In this document: in pieces, positions 40,116-49,042 of the stretch | How the letters are laid out: the number at the start of each line of letters is the position of its first letter | Numbering within the stretch: position 1 is the first letter of the stretch | NCBI GenBank assembly: GCA_937912125.1 | Contig: CALDOK010000076.1 | Span: 1,592 to 65,591, forward strand | Reading direction: 5' to 3' | Source: an uncultured Pseudomonadota bacterium | Lineage (GTDB): Bacteria; Myxococcota_A; UBA796; JAFGLY01 | DNA length: 64,000 bases | The notes under the pieces: model-generated | Database searches by the model: none | What the model saw: the letters and a program-made list of their open reading frames with translations, nothing else | Told to the model about the DNA's origin: nothing | Program-made: the position numbers and the translations under genes

Positions 40116-41878
40116 CCCCCGCCCTGTCCCTGCTGGTCCTGCTCGCTGGCGCCGCCGTGGCCACCGAGCCCCCCCTCGAGGCCGAGCAGGTCCGCTCTGT
40201 CCTGGCCCAGGAGATCGAACGCCACCAGCAGCAGCTCACGCTGCCCGACGCGCCTCCCCTCTACAACCTGCGCTACCACCTCTACGACCTGCACCAGGCC
40301 CAGGCCCAGGCCAGCTTCGGCAGCCTGGTGGCCAGCGAGGCCTCGCCCTTCCTGGCCCTTGGGGTCGAGGTGCGCGTGGGCTCCCCCGCCTTCGACAACA
40401 CCGGCTACGGCGGCTGGGAGTCGGGCTTCGGCCGCCTGGCCCTGCCCGAACGGCTCACCGAGCGCGCCCTGCGCCAGGGGTGCTGGCAGCTCACCGATGG
40501 CACCTACAAGGACGCGGTGGAGCAGTACTCCCGCAAGTCCTCGGCCTTCACGCCGCCCCCGGACTACCCGGGGGACTACCAGACCGTGACCACCGAGCCC
40601 CTGGTGAGGCTGTCCATGAGCGGCACCTATCATCACATGGAGCCGGCCCCCGAGGGTTGGGCCGAGCAGCTGGCCCGAGCCACCTCGGCCGGCTTCCCCA
40701 CCGACGGCAGCCTCGAGCTGGGCTCGGTCATCGTGGCCATCGAGCGCGGCTCCCACACCATCGTGGACAGCGAGGGCACCGACCTGCAGCTGGCCCACAC
40801 CGAGGTGGTCCTGCGCGCCATGGCCCACGCCCGCGCCGACGACGGCGCGCTGTTGTCCGACCACCGCTCCTGGATCTTGTTGGGCGCGGGGCTCCCGTCT
40901 GAGGACGAGCTGGCAGCCAGCGCCGCGGAGCTCGCCGACGATCTGATCTCCTGGACCCAGGCCCCCACCCTCGACGAGGAGTATGTGGGCCCGGTGATCT
41001 TCGAGGATCAAGCGGCGGTGGACCTGTTCCGCACCCTGCTGGTCAGCCAGCTCGAGGGCACCCCGCCCCCCATCCCCTTCGAGGCCCGCTTCGGAGCCAT
41101 GGGCGAGGGCTTCTCCTTCGCCGACGACAGCGCCGGGGGCGGCGCCCGCCTCAACCGCCGCGTGCTGCCGGCCGGGTGGTCTGCCCAGGACTCACCCATG
41201 GCGCTCCCCCAGCCCCCCCCCGCGGTGTTCATGCCCATCGACATGGAGGGCACCAGCAGCCCCTCCCCCGTGCGGCTGGTCCAGGACGGCATCGTCCGCA
41301 CCCTGCTCATGTCCCGCACCCCCCGCAAGGACATCCCCAGCGGCACCAACGGCCACGCCCGGGGCAGCCTGGGCAGCCGCCCCGCGGGTCGAGTGGCCCA
41401 GCTCGAGGTCACCCCAGGCAAGCGGGTCAGCGAGCGCAAGCTGCGCAAGCAGGCCCTCGAGCTGGCCGCCGCCTACGGGCACGACCATGTGATCCTGGTG
41501 CGCCGCTTCCAGGACGACACCGTTCGCGCCCAGGACCGCGCCGACGGCGGTGGCTTCTCCTTCATGGGCGACGAAGGCTCCCGCCTGCCGGTACCCCTGG
41601 CCCTGTACCGGGTCTACGCCGACGGCCGCGAGGAGCCCCTGCGCGGCGCCGCCTTCACCAAGGTGGACCGCTGGGTGCTGCGGGACATCGTGGCCGCGGG
41701 CGAGCAGGTCGAGGGCCGCTACCTGGCCCCCTTCGAGCCCGGGGGCATGAGCTACTCGCCCATCGTGGGCATGCCCACCACCCTCTCCGTGCCCAGCGTG
41801 CTGGTCGAGGAGCTGGAGCTGGTACCCGTGAGCGCCGACCCCCGCAGCAAGCCCGCGGTGCCGGCGCCCACGCAGTAG
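40112..41878 (+). CDS. PmbA/TldE-family partner protein, secreted, lacking the HExxxH motif
   Basis: ATGA overlap with the upstream TldD. Signal MTPALSLLVLLAGAAVATEP. TldD/PmbA-like C-terminal region (GMSYSPIVGMPTTLSVPSVLVEELELVP). Confidence 0.75.
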   Translation: MTPALSLLVLLAGAAVATEPPLEAEQVRSVLAQEIERHQQQLTLPDAPPLYNLRYHLYDLHQAQAQASFGSLVASEASPFLALGVEVRVGSPAFDNTGYGGWESGFGRLALPERLTERALRQGCWQLTDGTYKDAVEQYSRKSSAFTPPPDYPGDYQTVTTEPLVRLSMSGTYHHMEPAPEGWAEQLARATSAGFPTDGSLELGSVIVAIERGSHTIVDSEGTDLQLAHTEVVLRAMAHARADDGALLSDHRSWILLGAGLPSEDELAASAAELADDLISWTQAPTLDEEYVGPVIFEDQAAVDLFRTLLVSQLEGTPPPIPFEARFGAMGEGFSFADDSAGGGARLNRRVLPAGWSAQDSPMALPQPPPAVFMPIDMEGTSSPSPVRLVQDGIVRTLLMSRTPRKDIPSGTNGHARGSLGSRPAGRVAQLEVTPGKRVSERKLRKQALELAAAYGHDHVILVRRFQDDTVRAQDRADGGGFSFMGDEGSRLPVPLALYRVYADGREEPLRGAAFTKVDRWVLRDIVAAGEQVEGRYLAPFEPGGMSYSPIVGMPTTLSVPSVLVEELELVPVSADPRSKPAVPAPTQ

Positions 41879-41880
41879 CC

Positions 41881-42390
41881 CTACAGGCTCACCACTCCCG
41901 TCGCCGCCAGTGCCGTCAGGCCGCCAGCAGCCAACACCAGCACGTCCTCGACCAGGCTGACCACAGGGTTGCCCAGGCCGCCGGTGGAGCCGGTGGAGCC
42001 TACCCGCACGGTGGCCTTGGTGGCGTGGGTCAGCCCCGCCACGGCTCCGCCCGCCGCCATGCCGGCCACGGTGGCCAGCAGGGGATCGGCGCCCACGATC
42101 AAGGTGGTGCCCACCAGCGCGCCGGCCAGGGGTCGCACCACCGTCCCGATGACATCTACCGCGTGGTCGATAACGGGAATCTTGTCCGCCAGGATCTCCA
42201 CCAACACGGCCACCGCCAGGCAGAGGGTCGCGGTGGGGGCTCCCAGCCAGCCCATGGTGTCACCCAGATCGATCACGCCGGCCCAGCCCAGCACGGAGAC
42301 CGTGAACAAGGGAACGAAGGCGCGGAGGCCAGCGGAGGCTGCGAGGGCCAGGCCGAGGCCGAGGGGAAGGATGAGCTCGAGACCGGACAT
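41881..42390 (-). CDS. DUF4126-like integral membrane protein
   Basis: Internal M (aa 126 of the track ORF) gives MSGLELILPLGLGLALAASAGLRAFVPLFTVSVLGWAGVIDLGD...; 169 aa, four hydrophobic helices. Confidence 0.55.
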   Translation of the reverse strand: MSGLELILPLGLGLALAASAGLRAFVPLFTVSVLGWAGVIDLGDTMGWLGAPTATLCLAVAVLVEILADKIPVIDHAVDVIGTVVRPLAGALVGTTLIVGADPLLATVAGMAAGGAVAGLTHATKATVRVGSTGSTGGLGNPVVSLVEDVLVLAAGGLTALAATGVVSL

Positions 42391-42534
42391 GAAGGCTCCC
42401 TTGAGAAGCGGTGCGAGCACCGGAGTCACGTGGGATACGATCCATCGGCCCGTTCTCATGCATGCGGACGCCCCAGCGGGGTAAGCGAACTCACGCTCGG
42501 GTGATATCGTCCCGAGGTCTCGCGGAGGTACAGC

Positions 42535-43554
42535 ATGCCGCGCATGGATCCCACCAAGTTCAGCGCCCACGAGCGCCAGGCCCGGCTCATCGTCTACGAC
42601 AACCCCCAGTACGACGAGCACGACCCAGGCTGGGGCCACCCCGAGTGCCCCGAGCGCCTGCCCTCCATTCGCCGCGCCCTGGCCTCGCACAACTGGCCCG
42701 TCCGCCCTGGCCGCGCCGCCACCATGGAAGAGCTGGCGCGGGTACACACCGAGGCCTACATCCATCGGGTCATGGCCGTCGCGGGCCAGACCACCCGCCT
42801 GGACCCAGACACGGGCGTCTCCCCCGGCTCGGTGGACGCGGCGCTGCTGGCCGCGGGCTCATCGGCCGAGGCGGCCGAGGTCACCCTGGCGGGCCGCAAC
42901 TGCTTCGTCACCTGCCGGCCTCCCGGCCACCACGCCACCTCCAACCGCGCCATGGGCTTCTGCCTGTTCAACAACGCCGCGGTGGCCGCCGCCCACATGG
43001 TGCACCTGGGCTACCGGGTCGCGGTGCTGGATCCCGACGCCCACCACGGCAACGGCACCCAGGACATCTTCTACGGCAGCTCCGATGTGCTCTACGTCTC
43101 CTGGCACCGCTCCCCCTTCTTCCCGGGCAGCGGCGAAGCCGACGAGTACGGCGCGGGCACGGGCGCCGGCTTCACCATGAACATCCCGCTGCCCATGGGG
43201 GCGGACGACGGGCTGTACCTCATGGCCCTGCAGAGCCTGGTCTTACCAGCCCTGCAGCGCTTCCAGCCCGACGCGGTGATCTTCTCCGCGGGCTTCGACC
43301 AGATGGAGGGCGATCTGCTGGGAGGCATGGACCTCACCCGCGAGGGCCTGGCCGCGCTGTACCACGCGGTGGCCTGCCGCTGGCGCTGCATGGCGGTGCT
43401 CGAGGGGGGCTACAACACCCGCCGCCTGGGTGGCGACGTCGAGGTCGCCGCGCGCATGCTGGCAGGCGAGCCCGGTCCCGACGTGGTCCTGCGGGTGCGC
43501 CCCGACTGGCAGGAGATCTTCAGCGCCTGGCAGCACCCGCTGCTGGACACCTAG
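42535..43554 (+). CDS. Histone deacetylase-family amidohydrolase (AcuC / acetylpolyamine amidohydrolase-like)
   Basis: GFCLFNNAAVAAAHM...VLDPDAHHGNGTQDIFY...SAGFDQMEGDLLGGM: Zn-binding Asp/His residues of the arginase/deacetylase fold. Confidence 0.88.
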   Translation: MPRMDPTKFSAHERQARLIVYDNPQYDEHDPGWGHPECPERLPSIRRALASHNWPVRPGRAATMEELARVHTEAYIHRVMAVAGQTTRLDPDTGVSPGSVDAALLAAGSSAEAAEVTLAGRNCFVTCRPPGHHATSNRAMGFCLFNNAAVAAAHMVHLGYRVAVLDPDAHHGNGTQDIFYGSSDVLYVSWHRSPFFPGSGEADEYGAGTGAGFTMNIPLPMGADDGLYLMALQSLVLPALQRFQPDAVIFSAGFDQMEGDLLGGMDLTREGLAALYHAVACRWRCMAVLEGGYNTRRLGGDVEVAARMLAGEPGPDVVLRVRPDWQEIFSAWQHPLLDT

Positions 43555-43561
43555 ACCCAGC

Positions 43562-44044
43562 GTGCGTGGGGTCTTCCCGCTGCTGGCCGCCTGCGCGCTG
43601 GCCTGCACCAAGAGCCCACCCCTGAGCTGGGCCAGCCCCGCCGGCGGCGAGCGCCCCGACGTACCCTGCGCTCCTGCCGATGCAGCGCTGGCGACGCGGT
43701 TTGCCACCGGCATGGCGCTGGACCCACAGGCCGCTGGCGCGCTCTTCCCGGAGCTGGGGCTTCAGCAGGGCTGGGTGGCCCGCTGCGAGCTGCGAAGCCA
43801 CCATGTCGAGCGCTGCGGAGACGAGGTGCTGCTGCTGGACCCCGAGCTTCGCTTCTGGAACCGCCGGGGAGAGCTCCTGGACGTGGCCCTGGTCACTGAG
43901 GCCCTGGTCCACCCCCGCATGATCATGGCGGTCCGGCGGGCCGACGACGACGCCCTGCCCCCGCCGGGCGCCTGGCTGGCTCCCCAGCGCACCGTCCTTC
44001 GGCGGGTGGGCCCGGTGCTCGTGGGCCGCGTGGGGCCAGACTGA
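43562..44044 (+). CDS. Hypothetical lipoprotein
   Basis: GTG at 43562, in frame with the track ORF, gives VRGVFPLLAACALACTKS (lipobox). No domain recognised. Confidence 0.4.
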   Translation: MRGVFPLLAACALACTKSPPLSWASPAGGERPDVPCAPADAALATRFATGMALDPQAAGALFPELGLQQGWVARCELRSHHVERCGDEVLLLDPELRFWNRRGELLDVALVTEALVHPRMIMAVRRADDDALPPPGAWLAPQRTVLRRVGPVLVGRVGPD

Positions 44045-44092
44045 GCACCGACCCGGGGATCGCTATCTGAGACGAACCCACCAACGCCGTGG

Positions 44093-46669
44093 CTATCGCG
44101 GCAGGCAGGGCTCGCCGGGCGCCTCGTCCGGAGCTTCATGGACGGGCTCCTCCTCGTCGTCCACGTAGCCCAGCGCCCTGAGAGCCTCGACGCTCTCGGG
44201 ATCGAAGCCGCCCAGCTCTCGGCCGTCGGCCGGAGGCTCGGGGGCCACGCCGTAGCTCAGGCTCACGCGGGTACCCGAGCCCTTGGTGTTCAGCAGACGC
44301 TGGGTGCGACCGTTGGTCACGGGCGCTTCGTCCTGGGGGTCCCAGCGATCGCTGCTGCACTCCTTGCCGCGCCGGGCCTCGAGCGTGAGCCCCACCAGGG
44401 CCTCGGCCACCGAAACGCTGGGTGCCACGAAGACCTCGCGGGTGCCGGGCATGCCCCCCGCCCAGGTGGCGGTGACGGTGGCGCCATCGACGCTCACGGT
44501 GGCCGCGGACTTCTCGGTGGGGTCCGCCCCGACCCAGGCCGCCTTCACGCCGCCGGGCACGGTCAAGGTGACCTCCAAGGGCTTGCTGCCGGAGCCACGC
44601 TCGGGCCGCAAGCGGAAGCCCAGGTCCACACCGCGGTCCAAAGAGCTCCCCATGGCGACACGGCGCCCGGCCAAGACGCCGTCTTCGGATCGCCGGGCGA
44701 GGTCTTCCTGCTCGCCGGGATCGGCGCCGAGGTCGTAGAGCTCCTCCTTGCCTGCGCTGGTGCTGTACTTGAGATCGCCCTCGAGCACGCCCCACTGCTC
44801 GTCTCCGTACAGGGGCCGGCCGAAGCCGTGCAGGCGATCGTCGAAGGCGCGGACCGCCTCGGCGTCTCCCCGGGCCAGGGGCAGCAGAGACAGGCCCGTG
44901 ATGCCAGCGTCACCTGGGATCCCCAGCTGCTCGAGCAGGGTGGGAGTCACGTCCATCAGGCTGACAGTCTGCTCCACTCGGCCCGCCGCCAAGCCTGGTG
45001 CCCGGATGACCAGGGGCACCGCCAGCAGCTCCTCGTAGACCGAGTGGCCGTGCTCGAAGCCCTTGTGGTCCCAGAACTCCTCGCCGTGGTCGGAGAACAC
45101 CACCGCCACGTCCCGGGGGCCCAGCTCCTCCAGCACCCGCGCGATCTGATCGTCCACGTAGCGGATGGCTCCATCGTAGCGGTCGATGACGTACTGACGC
45201 GCCCGCTCCTTGTCCTTGCCCTTGGCAGCGCCGAGCACGTCGTTGCGCAGGAAGGAACCGCTCAGCCCTTCCGGCGGCGAGCCGGCCCAGAGCTTCTTGT
45301 AGCGACGGGGCTCGGTGTAGGGCAGGTGAGTGTCCATCAGGTGGAGCATGACCATGGCGGGCTGGTCGGGGTGCTCGTCCAGCCAGGCCTCGAGCCGCTC
45401 GACCTGATCGGTGGCCCGAGGCCAGTTCTCCACGAAGTGGTGGCTCCAGCCGTCGGCCATCTCGAAGTTCGCGCTCAGATAGACGTTGCCCACGAACGCC
45501 GCGCTGACCCAGCCGGCGTCGCCCAGGCGCTCGGGCAGCGAAGCGCGGCCACCCCAGAACTCGGGCTGAGCGCCAAGCAGCAAGGCGCGAGCCGAGGGCA
45601 GGGTCCACGGCGCCGTGGAGCGAGCCGCGTCGAAGACCACGGCATCCTGCGACCACTCCGTGAGCCGCGGCATGGTGTCCCGGGAGTAGTCGTACAGCTC
45701 GAGGTGGTCTCGGCGCAGCGTGTCGACGAAGACCAGCACCACCCGCGGCGGGTCCACCTGGGGGGTGTACAGGGTGGGCTCGCCCACGAAGACGTAGTCG
45801 TATGTGGACGTGACGCCGGGCTCGGAGATCAGGCTCAGCTCCACCTGCTGGCCGGCCCAAGGCGCCAGATCGGCCCGGACGGTGTCGAACACGCCGGGCT
45901 CGAGCTCGAAACGGTCCACCAGCTGCGGCTCGCCGCCACCGGCGGTCACCTGCACCACGAGCCGGGCACCGTCGCTGGGGGCCAGGTCTGCCACCTCGGG
46001 CAGCAGCATCCCCAGCTCCATGGACAGCTTGCCTTCCGCGGGCACCGTGACCGACCAGGACGCCGAGCCGGGCGCTGGGAGCAGCACGCCGTGGCGCTCG
46101 ACATGTCCCTGCCAGGCCGAGCGGAGCAGAAAGTCCTCTTCGCCTTCGCGCTCGGCCCAGGCCCGGTTCAGGTCTCGCTCCCTGTCGCTGGCCCGGGGGT
46201 AGATCAGCTCGAAGTCACCTGCGACGGGGGGCCCATCAGCCTCGAGGTGCACCTGCAGGGTGCGCGCCGCGAACGACCAGGTGGCGTCCTGGGGGTCTTG
46301 CCGCGATCCACGCCGAAACTTGTACTCGTCCTGCTCGCCGCCCAGGTGCAGGCTCATGCCGTCTGGGGGGTGGATGAAGAACAGGGAGCGAAGCCGGATG
46401 GGCAGCTCGGCCTCGAAGCTGTGGACGCCGTCGGTGGTGCGCCGCAGCATGAACGGCCCACGCACCGGGATTCGATCGGGCACGGGGACCCCGTCTCGGC
46501 TGTCGCTGGGCAGCTGGACAGTGGTCAGCAGCTCGGGGTGACGCGCCAGCAGCACCGGAGCCGGGCCCATGGGGGCATCGATGGGCGCCTGAACGAGGTC
46601 GGATGCACACCCGACCGCCAGGAGCCCCACGGTGAGGGGCAGGAGGCGCGACATGACAACCCGGGACAC
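44093..46669 (-). CDS. Sulfatase-like hydrolase/transferase (alkaline-phosphatase superfamily) lipoprotein with large N-terminal extension
   Basis: MSRLLPLTVGLLAVGCAS lipobox. Central VVLVFVDTLRRDHL...STAPWTLPSARALLLG...HLMDTHLPY...DHGEEFWDHKGFEHGHSVYEE matches the sulfatase/AP-superfamily core but with T-L-P-S-A-R in place of C-x-P-x-R. Confidence 0.7.
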   Translation of the reverse strand: MSRVVMSRLLPLTVGLLAVGCASDLVQAPIDAPMGPAPVLLARHPELLTTVQLPSDSRDGVPVPDRIPVRGPFMLRRTTDGVHSFEAELPIRLRSLFFIHPPDGMSLHLGGEQDEYKFRRGSRQDPQDATWSFAARTLQVHLEADGPPVAGDFELIYPRASDRERDLNRAWAEREGEEDFLLRSAWQGHVERHGVLLPAPGSASWSVTVPAEGKLSMELGMLLPEVADLAPSDGARLVVQVTAGGGEPQLVDRFELEPGVFDTVRADLAPWAGQQVELSLISEPGVTSTYDYVFVGEPTLYTPQVDPPRVVLVFVDTLRRDHLELYDYSRDTMPRLTEWSQDAVVFDAARSTAPWTLPSARALLLGAQPEFWGGRASLPERLGDAGWVSAAFVGNVYLSANFEMADGWSHHFVENWPRATDQVERLEAWLDEHPDQPAMVMLHLMDTHLPYTEPRRYKKLWAGSPPEGLSGSFLRNDVLGAAKGKDKERARQYVIDRYDGAIRYVDDQIARVLEELGPRDVAVVFSDHGEEFWDHKGFEHGHSVYEELLAVPLVIRAPGLAAGRVEQTVSLMDVTPTLLEQLGIPGDAGITGLSLLPLARGDAEAVRAFDDRLHGFGRPLYGDEQWGVLEGDLKYSTSAGKEELYDLGADPGEQEDLARRSEDGVLAGRRVAMGSSLDRGVDLGFRLRPERGSGSKPLEVTLTVPGGVKAAWVGADPTEKSAATVSVDGATVTATWAGGMPGTREVFVAPSVSVAEALVGLTLEARRGKECSSDRWDPQDEAPVTNGRTQRLLNTKGSGTRVSLSYGVAPEPPADGRELGGFDPESVEALRALGYVDDEEEPVHEAPDEAPGEPCLPR

Positions 46670-46683
46670 GGGACAGGGGAGGA

Positions 46684-48033
46684 TCAGTCCTCGCGGCGAC
46701 GGGTCAGGGCCAGCCCGAGGCTGGCGAAGAGGCCCATCAGGCCCAGCCCCACCGGCGCAACCGGCACCGCGCTGCAGCCACGGGCCTTGTGGTCGGCGGT
46801 GTCGATCTCGAGCTCGGCCGCGGACATGCCGCCGGGACCGCCCACGTTGAGCAGGACGCGGTATGCGCCCTCCTCGGGCAGCTCGATCTTGGGGGACCAG
46901 GCGGAGATCTCGTCGATCAGCTCAGTGCCCGAGTAGACCTGCCACAGGACGGTGTCGAGGCAGCCGTAGGTGGACGTGTCGGCGCGGTTGATCAGCTGGT
47001 ACTGCAGGCCCTCGACGTGCTCGTAGGTGAACAGGCCGCCATAGACGTCCCCGGTGGTGGGGTCGACACCCGGGCTGGGGAGCTCACAGGCCACGATGTA
47101 GGCTCGCTGGTTGTAGCCGAAGGACCAGTCGCCACAGCTCTCGTTGGTGCCGTTGATGATGACCACCACGGTGTACTGCCCCTGCTCGGTGTAGGTGTGG
47201 CAGGGGTTCATCTCCTCGGAGGTCTGGCCGTCGCCGAAGTCCCACTCGACGCTGGTGACGTTGGCGTTCTCGCTGGCGAACAGCTCGAAGCAGATCTCCA
47301 GGGGCACACCGCCGAAGCGGTCGTCGTCTGTGCGGAAGGTGGCGTAGGGGCCGTACAGGGCGTTGATGGCCGCGATGTCGTCGCTGTTGATGTCGGCCGT
47401 CTCGAGGTCGCAGGCGGAGGTCTGCCAGTACATGGTGGCGTAGCGCAGGGTCTCGTCCGCGCAGACATCGTCTTCTTCGCAGCTGTGCCCCAGGCCCCAC
47501 TGGTGCCCGATCTCGTGGGTGCAGACGTGCTCGATGCCCGTGGCCTCGCCGGTGCAGGTCTCTTCGAGCTCTTCGGTCAAGCCCCAGCTGATGTCATCGT
47601 TGAAGGTGATGTCCACGTCGCTGAAGCGGTACAGGTAGATGCCGTCCTGCTCGCGCAGGTACTCGGCGCTGACCCGAGGAAGGGCCGCGGCCAGCACCCC
47701 GGCGCCCAGGGTGCCGGTGGGATCGTCGAAGTAGAACTTGTTGATGCCGTCGTTGGTGTAGCCCTCGTTGCCGGGGTCGATGCCCATGTACTGATCGCTG
47801 ATCTCGGCGCACTCGGCGGCGTACCAGTTGGAGTAGGACTCGGCGATCATCGACGCCTGGTAGTCGGAGGTCGAGGCGTAGCCCCACTGGGTGCAGTTCT
47901 CGAGAGAGTCCTCCTCGTAGTCGGTCATGTACCACTGGAGGGGGAAGTCTTCGGCCGACCAGGCGTAGCCCAGCAGCTCGTAGGCCTGCGCCTGGGGGGC
48001 GAGGAGCGCGGCGATGAGCAGGGCGGCGGTCAT
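46684..48033 (-). CDS. Secreted zinc metalloprotease (metzincin, HExxHxxGxxH) with PKD domain and MYXO-CTERM sorting tail
   Basis: Signal MTAALLIAALLAPQAQA. HEIGHQWGLGH motif. PKD-like WDFGDGQTSEEMNPCHTYTEQGQYTVVVIING. C-terminal GCSAVPVAPVGLGLMGLFASLGLALTRRRED (Cys plus TM plus RRR, i.e. MYXO-CTERM). Confidence 0.8.
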   Translation of the reverse strand: MTAALLIAALLAPQAQAYELLGYAWSAEDFPLQWYMTDYEEDSLENCTQWGYASTSDYQASMIAESYSNWYAAECAEISDQYMGIDPGNEGYTNDGINKFYFDDPTGTLGAGVLAAALPRVSAEYLREQDGIYLYRFSDVDITFNDDISWGLTEELEETCTGEATGIEHVCTHEIGHQWGLGHSCEEDDVCADETLRYATMYWQTSACDLETADINSDDIAAINALYGPYATFRTDDDRFGGVPLEICFELFASENANVTSVEWDFGDGQTSEEMNPCHTYTEQGQYTVVVIINGTNESCGDWSFGYNQRAYIVACELPSPGVDPTTGDVYGGLFTYEHVEGLQYQLINRADTSTYGCLDTVLWQVYSGTELIDEISAWSPKIELPEEGAYRVLLNVGGPGGMSAAELEIDTADHKARGCSAVPVAPVGLGLMGLFASLGLALTRRRED

Positions 48034-48680
48034 CGGACCACCTCCGCACCCGGATGCATCTCGAGGAGACGCTCGGGAGACTTACCAGGGATGGGCTGGC
48101 CATCCCAGCCCGCGGCCATCCTGGCCTTGACCAGCTCGACCATGTCGTTCAGGTAGACGCGCTTGCCGACGGGGGGATGAGGGATGAAGCGATGGTCGTA
48201 GGGCTTCTCGGGGGAGGAGGGCTTGAACTGCACCAGCATCTCGCGCCCGTTGTCGGGGTCGATGCGGACAGTGAGCTTGCCCTGCTCGAGGCCCGTGGGG
48301 ACCAGCAGGCCGGAGTCGAGCCGCTCCGCGAAGACCAGGACGTCTTCGCCGGTGTCGAAGCGCGGCGAGTACCAGGAGAGGGTGCCCTGGTCGCCGAGGA
48401 AGCCGCCCATGACGTCCAACTGCAGCGCGTCGGTGTCGGCGGGGCCCTTGACCACGGCCGTGACCTCCAGCTGGACGCGGGTCCAGTGGTAGCCGCGCTC
48501 GTCGGTCTCGACGTAGGTCTCGCCCACCGTGGCCCGCACGATGTAGTCCGACGCATCGGTGAGCTGCGCGAGGCTCAAAGGAGCCGATGTGGCCAAGGCC
48601 GTGGGCGCCAAGGCGAGGCCGGCCACGGCCGCCAGGGCAGGAAGGATTCCTCGATGATCGAGTCCGAGCATGATTCTCAC
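48030..48680 (-). CDS. Secreted hypothetical protein
   Basis: Signal peptide ILPALAAVAGLALAPTALA. Its stop overlaps the start of the downstream protease gene (ATGA). Confidence 0.5.
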   Translation of the reverse strand: MRIMLGLDHRGILPALAAVAGLALAPTALATSAPLSLAQLTDASDYIVRATVGETYVETDERGYHWTRVQLEVTAVVKGPADTDALQLDVMGGFLGDQGTLSWYSPRFDTGEDVLVFAERLDSGLLVPTGLEQGKLTVRIDPDNGREMLVQFKPSSPEKPYDHRFIPHPPVGKRVYLNDMVELVKARMAAGWDGQPIPGKSPERLLEMHPGAEVVR

Positions 48681-49042
48681 CTGGAAGCTGGACGCGAGAG
48701 CCGAGTGAGGCGCACGGGTCCCAGTGGAGGACGATGACCAACGGCTAACCTACGAGTGGCTCGGACGAGTGTCAAGGTTCCTGCGCTCTGCCATTGCGGA
48801 GCGCCACCCCGCGCGACTCCGGGCAGGGCCGGGTCCAACAGCCTGCCCACGGGCCCACCGCCCTCATCGCGCTCGAGACCGCTACACTACGCACTACCAG
48901 GCGCGCACGCACCGCCTCTGAGGTTGACTTTCGACCCCATCTCGCCTATGCGTGTCCTGTTCCGGTACCGGCGATAAGTGCGTCTCCTTCTCTCGAAGAG
49001 AACACCGCCGACCCTGCTTCACTTCCCGCTCCAAGGTCCGCG

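Noticed and set aside
44138-46936. 932-aa plus-strand ORF
   Set aside because: It is antisense to the sulfatase-like and metzincin genes, both of which have clear catalytic motifs on the minus strand.
48681-49042. 360-bp leader upstream of the Oar-like gene as a riboswitch or regulatory RNA
   Set aside because: I could not recognise any known riboswitch consensus by eye, and it is GC-rich without clear conserved structure. It is left unannotated.
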